Below, one piece after another: positions 14,450 through 20,000 of a stretch of DNA of 20,000 nt. Origin of the DNA: an uncultured virus (IMG/VR IMGVR_UViG_3300047319_000243) (lineage: Duplodnaviria > Heunggongvirae > Uroviricota > Caudoviricetes); IMG/VR virus record IMGVR_UViG_3300047319_000243; one strand, given 5' to 3'. The notes under the pieces are model-generated. The model worked only from the letters and a program-made list of their open reading frames with translations. It did not search any database and was not told where the DNA came from. Within the stretch, counting starts at the first letter, position 1, and each line of letters opens with the position of its first letter. Position numbers and translations under genes: made by a program.

Positions 14450-15658
14450 ATGAGTCTGCGTAATTCGACCCTGTTGTATCGCCCGGCCCTGTCTGTCTGG
14501 ACCGCTCGCAAGCTGGACAAGACGCAGAGCGTTCTCGTCGCGCACAACGCTGACGCCAAGGAAGGCGTGGCGAACGTGCACAAGAACCTGTTGCCCGAGT
14601 GCAAGGAACTGGAGGACGTGACCAAGTGGGCCACGCAGTTCCGCACGTTCATCTACACGTCGACGCTGCCGTGGGATGACAGCGGATGGCGCATCGGGCA
14701 GGTGGCGCGCCACATGGAGTTCATGCAGGAGATCGGCGACCGCATCAATCTCGGCAACCTGTTGGTGGATGCGCTCATGCGTGTCTATCAGTCGCGCGTC
14801 GAGGACGCCAAGTTCACGCTCAACAAGATGTTCAACCCGATGGACTATCCGAGTGTGCAAGAGGTGCGCTCGCGGTTCTCGTTCGCGGTGAGCGTGATGC
14901 CGATGCCGGCGGCGTCGGACTTCCGCGCGGTCGAGGGTATCCCGAAGGCCGAGGTTGAGAAGCTGGAGAAAGCGGCGGCCGAGGCAGTCGAGCAGCGCAT
15001 CGCCGAGGCCATGAAGGAAGCGTACGAGCGGCTGTATGAAGTGGTGGCGGCCATGGCCAACACGCTCGACGGGTACGACGGCGGCACGATCAAGAAATTC
15101 AACGACTCGTTGGTAGGTAACATCGCCAAGATCGTGAAGGTCATGCCGGCGCTGAACTTGACGAACGACCCGAAGCTCGCAGCGCTGGCGAGCGACGCCG
15201 AGGAACTGGCGAACTATGCGGCCATGGACTTGCGTCAGCACGCGCCGACTCGTGAGGCAGCGATCAACGAGGCGCGCAAGCTGCAGATGAAGTTCAAGGG
15301 GTCGATCGCAGCATCCCTGCCGGCCACGGGCGATACGAAGGTGAAGGCCCCGAAGATCAAGGCCGGGCCGCGACCGGCGCAGAAGGCGACGCCAGTCGGC
15401 ACGAAGGCGATCGAGCAGGCCAAGGCGGCGGTGAAGAAAGCCCCGGCGAAGAAGGCAGCACCTGCGCCGACGCCCGCGCAGAAGAAGGTCGCGAAGAAGG
15501 TGGTTGAAGAAACGCTGAAGAAGTTGGCAGATAAGAAAGCGCCGGCACCGAAGCGCCCGGCTCAGAGGAAGCCGACCGTAGTGGCTGAGGCGGCGGTGGC
15601 GCGCGTGCAGCAGGCGGCCGATCCGAAGGCCCTGTTCGGCGACATGATGGACATGTAA
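14450..15658 (+). CDS. DUF3150-like phage protein with a K/A/P-rich C-terminal tail (402 aa)
   Basis: W.ARKLDK, TLPWDDSGWR, FNPMDYPS..EVRSRF and LNLTNDP motifs; located next to the AAA and VWA genes. Confidence 0.65.
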   Translation: MSLRNSTLLYRPALSVWTARKLDKTQSVLVAHNADAKEGVANVHKNLLPECKELEDVTKWATQFRTFIYTSTLPWDDSGWRIGQVARHMEFMQEIGDRINLGNLLVDALMRVYQSRVEDAKFTLNKMFNPMDYPSVQEVRSRFSFAVSVMPMPAASDFRAVEGIPKAEVEKLEKAAAEAVEQRIAEAMKEAYERLYEVVAAMANTLDGYDGGTIKKFNDSLVGNIAKIVKVMPALNLTNDPKLAALASDAEELANYAAMDLRQHAPTREAAINEARKLQMKFKGSIAASLPATGDTKVKAPKIKAGPRPAQKATPVGTKAIEQAKAAVKKAPAKKAAPAPTPAQKKVAKKVVEETLKKLADKKAPAPKRPAQRKPTVVAEAAVARVQQAADPKALFGDMMDM

Positions 15659-15666
15659 GAAAAGAT

Positions 15667-15695
15667 GGACAAACGGAGGCAGACTCCGTTTGTCC
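15667..15695 (+). repeat. 29-bp palindromic element, copy 11 (loop gcaga)
   Basis: Exact arms; 8 nt after a stop; followed by CAACGAG-ATTAAAGGA and the ATG at 15737. Confidence 0.95.
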
Positions 15696-15736
15696 GAACC
15701 ACTTCTACCCAACGAGATTAAAGGATAACACCAATC

Positions 15737-16852
15737 ATGGCTATCAAACTCAAAGAACTCCCGCCCGTCCTGATCCGCAACTACATGGCCAAGACGAACA
15801 CGCTGATCACCAGCAAGCCGGCGCTCGGCAAGACGCAGACGATCGAGCAGTTCGCCAAGTACATGCAGCGCAAGGTGAAGGACTTCCGGTCGTGGGCTTT
15901 CTACGCCCCCACGATGTCGCCGATGGACATCCAAGCGAGCGCGCCTGACAACGAGCGCGGCACGCTGCGGCTCTACAACAACGAGGCGCTGCCCAACGCA
16001 TACACGGACCCGGACGCCGTGGGCGTGCTGTTCATCGACGAAATGATGAACGCCGATCAGTCCACGCTCAAGCTGCTGCAGAAGTACGTCAACGGCGAGG
16101 ACATGAGCGGCGTTCTGCGTAAGCCGGACAACGTGATGGTGGTCGCCGCGGGCAACCGCTTGGCAGATAAGTCGAGCGTGCAGCAGCATGGCCGCGCGTT
16201 CATGTCGCGCTTCGAGCAGCTGGAGGTGTACAGCGATGCGAACGACAACATCGAGTACGCCGCCAAGCACGCATGGCACCCGAACGTGCAGACGTTCTTC
16301 AAGGATCACCCGGCGAGCATCGACAACTACGACGAGGTGTACGAGACGGCGGGTAGCGCAGCGGGCAAGGCAGCGGCGGGCCAGCCGCGCAACGACACGC
16401 TGACCGAGGAAGGCAAGCGCGGGCTGTGGGCGAACATGCGTAGCTGGGAGCGCATCAGCAAGAAGGAATACGCGGCCGACCAGCTGGGCCAACCGCTCAC
16501 CTTGGCTGAGGCCGTGGGCAACCTCGGCAGCGGCGTGGGCGCGGCGTACGAGGCCCACAAGCGTGCTCTCGCTACCCTGCCGGCGTTTGCTGCGATCATG
16601 GCTGACCCCAAGGGCGCACCGATCCCGGTCAAGATGGATGAGCAGTACGCGCTCGCGATGGTCATCGCGCTGAAGTGCAACGCGGACCAGATTTCTCAGG
16701 TCAAGACGTACGGCGAGCGCATGCCGCTGGAGTTGCAGGCCGCAGTGCTGCGCCACTTGATGCAGCGCAAGAACTTCGACGTGTCGGGCACGGACGACTA
16801 TGTGGACTGGATCAGCAACCCGAAGCTGTCCAAGCTGTTGAACGGTCGTTGA
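15737..16852 (+). CDS. AAA+ ATPase (MoxR/AAA_5-like)
   Basis: Walker A-like SKPALGKT, Walker B VLFIDE, sensor-1 AAGN, arginine finger SRF, sensor-2-like RSWE. Confidence 0.85.
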   Translation: MAIKLKELPPVLIRNYMAKTNTLITSKPALGKTQTIEQFAKYMQRKVKDFRSWAFYAPTMSPMDIQASAPDNERGTLRLYNNEALPNAYTDPDAVGVLFIDEMMNADQSTLKLLQKYVNGEDMSGVLRKPDNVMVVAAGNRLADKSSVQQHGRAFMSRFEQLEVYSDANDNIEYAAKHAWHPNVQTFFKDHPASIDNYDEVYETAGSAAGKAAAGQPRNDTLTEEGKRGLWANMRSWERISKKEYAADQLGQPLTLAEAVGNLGSGVGAAYEAHKRALATLPAFAAIMADPKGAPIPVKMDEQYALAMVIALKCNADQISQVKTYGERMPLELQAAVLRHLMQRKNFDVSGTDDYVDWISNPKLSKLLNGR

Positions 16853-16855
16853 TCG

Positions 16856-17059
16856 ATGCCTAAGTTCAAGGTGCAAGTAGACAAGCTCACCGTCTACGAG
16901 TTGGAGGTGGAGGCCGACACGCGGGAAGCCGCGTGCTCGGTCGGCGCGAAGCTCATCGAGGCGATGGGCGATGGGCGTGTGTACCACCGCAAAGAGTCGT
17001 ATCCATACGAGGCGAATTTTGCCGAGGAAGTAAAACCGAAAACGCGGGGGAAGGAATGA
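16856..17059 (+). CDS. Small protein, DpnD/PcfM-like (67 aa)
   Basis: MPKFKVQV...YELEVEADTREAA pattern. Confidence 0.6.
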   Translation: MPKFKVQVDKLTVYELEVEADTREAACSVGAKLIEAMGDGRVYHRKESYPYEANFAEEVKPKTRGKE

Positions 17060-17250
17060 ACAAGCAACTGAAGGTGTTCGAGGTCGAGATCGAGGAAACG
17101 GTGCGCTACACGTATTCGATCCGTGCGAAGGACCAGACGCAGGCCAAGCGCCTCGCCACGCTGGCGCATCGCGATGACGGTGCTGATCGCGCGAGCGCTA
17201 ACACCGAAGTCACCGAGCAGCAGCTGACCTACGTGCATGAGGTGGCGTGA
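17056..17250 (+). CDS. Small protein, DpnD/PcfM-like (64 aa)
   Basis: ATG at 17056 (ATGA overlap); KVFEVEIEETVRYTYSIRAKDQTQA pattern. Confidence 0.6.
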   Translation: MNKQLKVFEVEIEETVRYTYSIRAKDQTQAKRLATLAHRDDGADRASANTEVTEQQLTYVHEVA

Positions 17251-18416
17251 TGAGCGAGAACGTTGCCGCGCCGGCCGCCGTCCGGCTTACGATCCGTCAT
17301 CCGTTCTGGACGGAAATCTATTACAGCATGACGGTCATCGAGTCCGATGGCTCGGATGGTGTCGAGACGCAAGCCACCGATGGGCGCAACCTGTGGATCA
17401 ACACCGAGTTCTTTAAGAGCATCCCGCTGGATCAGCAGGTGTCGGAGATCGTGCACGAGTTGTGCCACAAGATCTTTCTCCACACGACGCGACGCGGCCA
17501 GCGTGACCCGAAGCTGTGGAACATCGCGTGCGATTACGTCATCAACGCGATGATGAAAAACAACGGCTTCGTGCTGGGCAATGACTGGCTGCTCGACATG
17601 AAGTACGACGGCTGGCTTGCTGAGGCCGTCTATGCCGATCTGGCGAAGAAGCAGGACGAGCAGCAGCAACAGCAGCAGCCCGGCCAAGGCAAGGGGCGAG
17701 GGCAGAGCCAAGGGCCGCAGCTGCCCAAGGGTCGCCAAGACATCCGCGAGGCGCAGGGGACGCCGGAGGAACAGGCCAAGCAGGAGGACGAGGTGAAGGC
17801 GCTCGTCGATCGCGCGCTCGCCAATGCGAAGGCCATGGGCAACGTGCCGGTGGGCATGGAGTCGGGCACGGCGCAGGCGTTCAAGTCGCCGAGCGAACCG
17901 TGGTACAACCACTTGCACCGCTACATGCAGTCGCTGGCGGTGAACGAGTACAACTGGGCACGCATCAACCGGCGCGCGCTGCTCACGCATGGTGTGTTCG
18001 CGCCGCTGCATTACTCGGAAGCGTTGGGCGACATCGCGCTGGGCATCGACACGTCGGGCAGCTGCTATATGGCGGCCGAGCAGGCGCGCTTCGCTGAGCA
18101 CCTGAATGCGATTCTCGCGGAGGCCAAGCCGCGCCGCGTGCACGTGTACTACTTCGACACGAAGGTGTATCCGGGCGAGGTGATCGAGGCCGGCGAGTTC
18201 GACGTGCAGACGAAGCCCAAGGGTGGGGGAGGCACGTCGTTCGTCCCGCTGTTCGAGCAGCTGCAGGAGGACGGCATCGAGCCGGAGTTGTGCATCATCC
18301 TGACTGACTTGCTCGGCCGCTTCCCGAAGGACGAGCCGACGTATCCTGTGGTGTGGGCCAACACGCTGCCGTATGGCGTGGCCCCGTTCGGTGAGACGAT
18401 CTACCTTGTTGACTAA
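17247..18416 (+). CDS. DUF2201-family putative metallopeptidase with C-terminal VWA-like domain
   Basis: TQATDG, HExxH (HELCH), WNIACDYVIN, Q/G-rich linker, MIDAS-like IDTSGS, GGGGTSF and LTD motifs. Confidence 0.9.
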   Translation: MMSENVAAPAAVRLTIRHPFWTEIYYSMTVIESDGSDGVETQATDGRNLWINTEFFKSIPLDQQVSEIVHELCHKIFLHTTRRGQRDPKLWNIACDYVINAMMKNNGFVLGNDWLLDMKYDGWLAEAVYADLAKKQDEQQQQQQPGQGKGRGQSQGPQLPKGRQDIREAQGTPEEQAKQEDEVKALVDRALANAKAMGNVPVGMESGTAQAFKSPSEPWYNHLHRYMQSLAVNEYNWARINRRALLTHGVFAPLHYSEALGDIALGIDTSGSCYMAAEQARFAEHLNAILAEAKPRRVHVYYFDTKVYPGEVIEAGEFDVQTKPKGGGGTSFVPLFEQLQEDGIEPELCIILTDLLGRFPKDEPTYPVVWANTLPYGVAPFGETIYLVD

Positions 18417-18681
18417 GGACCGCGGCGTGATGGAGACGCACCTTGCCCTGCTGGGCTGGGTGCCTTTCCGCTGGGGCCAAGCCGCAGCCCACAACCCGTC
18501 GTGGCACGACATTGTTGTATGGGTGAACTTCGCGCCCGATGACGCCGGCGACTGGTTCGGCTGGACGCGCAACAGCGTGTTCCCCACGCCCGACTTCGAC
18601 GAGATAAAAGAGTGGCCGAAAGACGATGCGCTGTTCTGGCAGCTGGCCAAAGGCCTGACAGAAGATGAGAGGTTCAAGTGA
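18409..18681 (+). CDS. Hypothetical Trp-rich protein, paralog A
   Basis: TTG at 18409 (or ATG at 18430); RGVMETHLALLGWVP...DDALFWQLAK. Confidence 0.7.
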   Translation: MTKDRGVMETHLALLGWVPFRWGQAAAHNPSWHDIVVWVNFAPDDAGDWFGWTRNSVFPTPDFDEIKEWPKDDALFWQLAKGLTEDERFK

Positions 18682-18989
18682 AGATCGTGAACAGGGAAGC
18701 CATGGAGGCGCACCTGACGTTGCAGGGGTGGACACCGGCATCGTATGGGTCGATCGGCGCGAGGAAGGGCAACATCGTCTGGTATATGTTCCGCGAGTAC
18801 AACGGGGACGGGGATGAGAGCTTCAAGTTCGGGCACTCGCTGTTGAACCCGGTTGACCCGGACAAGCATGATCTCGAAGTGTGGTACTGGAGCGATGAGT
18901 TGTTCTGGCCGTTCGCGCGTCATCTGCAGAAAGACGCGACGCGCATCAAGACGGAGAGCGTTGTCGAGCACTTCGTCCGCAAGATTTAA
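18678..18989 (+). CDS. Hypothetical Trp-rich protein, paralog B
   Basis: GTGA overlap; REAMEAHLTLQGWTP...SDELFWPFAR. Confidence 0.75.
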   Translation: MKIVNREAMEAHLTLQGWTPASYGSIGARKGNIVWYMFREYNGDGDESFKFGHSLLNPVDPDKHDLEVWYWSDELFWPFARHLQKDATRIKTESVVEHFVRKI

Positions 18990-19020
18990 TACGACCGTAG
19001 TGAGTGAGAAGGAGAGCATC

Positions 19021-19311
19021 ATGGCAAGCATGGACGATAGGATTGAAGAAGTCAGAGACCGGCTGATCCGCATGGAATCGCGCATGGTGCAGCTGGGCGA
19101 TCACGTGGGTGCGAACCTGCGTGTGCGCGAAAAGATCGATGTGAAGTTCGACGCGCAGGGCGAGCCGTATGTCGAGATCGACTCGCCTGAACAGTCGCTG
19201 TCGCGCATCGTGCGCATCATGCGCGAGAAAGGTGTCAAGGCGGGCGAAGTCCCGTTGCTTATCGGCGGCCTGCGTGTGGCCGTCATCTACCCCGCACGCA
19301 TTACGAACTAG
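19021..19311 (+). CDS. Hypothetical protein (96 aa)
   Basis: AAGGAG RBS before the ATG at 19021. Confidence 0.75.
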   Translation: MASMDDRIEEVRDRLIRMESRMVQLGDHVGANLRVREKIDVKFDAQGEPYVEIDSPEQSLSRIVRIMREKGVKAGEVPLLIGGLRVAVIYPARITN

Positions 19312-19318
19312 GACCATC

Positions 19319-19582
19319 ATGGAACAGGCAGTCAACCCGAACACCACCGATCTCGTCACGCCGGAGCAGCCGCCGGAAGTAGCGGCCATGCTCGATGCGC
19401 TGCCGGGACTCGTGGGTGCCATCGACGCAGCAGTGAAAGACGTGGCCGGCAAGCAGATGCCGTTCGTGCTGCTCGTATTCCCCGGCCAAGGCGCGCTGCA
19501 CGCGACCAACATCAACCCCGCCTCGCAGGCGATCACTGCTATCAAGCAGCTGGCGCACGAGTGGCACGAGCAGGGTGCGTAG
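19319..19582 (+). CDS. Hypothetical protein (87 aa)
   Basis: AGGA RBS before the ATG at 19319; MEQAVNPNTT...PFVLLVF. Confidence 0.7.
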   Translation: MEQAVNPNTTDLVTPEQPPEVAAMLDALPGLVGAIDAAVKDVAGKQMPFVLLVFPGQGALHATNINPASQAITAIKQLAHEWHEQGA

Positions 19583-19617
19583 CCCGCTAAATTCATTTAC
19601 GTCAACTAGGAGAGAGC

Positions 19618-20000
19618 ATGCTGCTGGCCGACTTCGTTGGCCGCGCTCATAAGCTGACCGAGGACGACCGGCAGGTGCCGGTCGATCTGCATCAGGTCAA
19701 GTGCTTTGAGTTCGGCGAGCATTACATCATCCGCATGAAGAGCGGCAAGTCGTTCGACGTGCGCGATCTGGATGTGGTGCTGGGCATCTTGCATGATGAG
19801 TTCCATCTGTGGCGTAATCAGGTCGTGCCGGAAATGGAACTCGGCTCTGTATTCAAGGGCCAGCGCACGCTCGCGATCAGCGCTGTGCAATCGAATAACT
19901 TCGTGCCGGCCCCGCCAGTGCAGAAGTTCATAGACCGCCTGCGGAAGTACATCACCATGTACAACCTGTCGGGCACGTGGGATCAATTCAAAAAGGACAA
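19618..20000 (+). CDS. Hypothetical protein, 3' end beyond the window
   Basis: Not in the ORF track. AGGAG RBS, ATG at 19618; MLLADFVGRAHKLTEDDRQVPVDLHQVKC... is open to the edge. Confidence 0.7.
   Translation, partial: MLLADFVGRAHKLTEDDRQVPVDLHQVKCFEFGEHYIIRMKSGKSFDVRDLDVVLGILHDEFHLWRNQVVPEMELGSVFKGQRTLAISAVQSNNFVPAPPVQKFIDRLRKYITMYNLSGTWDQFKKD

Noticed and set aside
4898..15695. The 29-bp elements as intrinsic terminators or host REP sequences
   Set aside because: No U-tract follows the stems, unlike the real terminator at 5048-5078. There is no GTAG-type REP tetranucleotide or RAYT gene, and the copies are tied to phage RBS context.
4898..15695. A classical integron
   Set aside because: No tyrosine integrase in the window, and the elements lack the RYYYAAC/GTTRRRY boxes and extrahelical-base layout of attC. 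The analogy is architectural only.
17652..17720. CAG-rich poly-Q/G tract as a contingency repeat
   Set aside because: In-frame low-complexity linker that is normal between the peptidase and VWA domains of DUF2201 proteins.
14423..19085. Long minus-strand ORFs (854 aa at 14423-16987; 618 aa at 17229-19085)
   Set aside because: Antisense shadows of well-supported plus-strand genes, expected with high-GC codon bias; R/L/H/V-rich with no motifs.

Overview
GC-rich tailed-phage (or prophage) segment with two divergent arms. The left arm (minus strand, 1-3609) is the packaging module: putative small terminase, six small accessory ORFs, large terminase and the start of a probable portal gene. A non-coding, hairpin-rich stretch (3610-4206) may be the genome-end or pac region. 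The right arm (plus strand, 4207-20000) is an early/accessory region of mostly short hypothetical genes. It also carries a PinR/PinQ-like serine recombinase, a truncated HI1420-type antitoxin, a DUF1640-like protein and a DUF3150-like / AAA+ ATPase / DUF2201-VWA module. The main signal is 11 copies of a 29-bp element, GGACAAACGGAG-N5-CTCCGTTTGTCC (loop consensus G-S-N-R-A), between 4898 and 15695. Many copies sit just after a stop codon and/or just before a conserved AACGWG box and RBS, which divides the early region into gene 'cassettes'. One cassette encodes the recombinase itself, one is empty, and one gene is cut off at the element boundary. A separate iteron-like repeat cluster (about 5470-5995) may be an origin or operator array. 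Family assignments come from recognising motifs by eye; no database searches were run.
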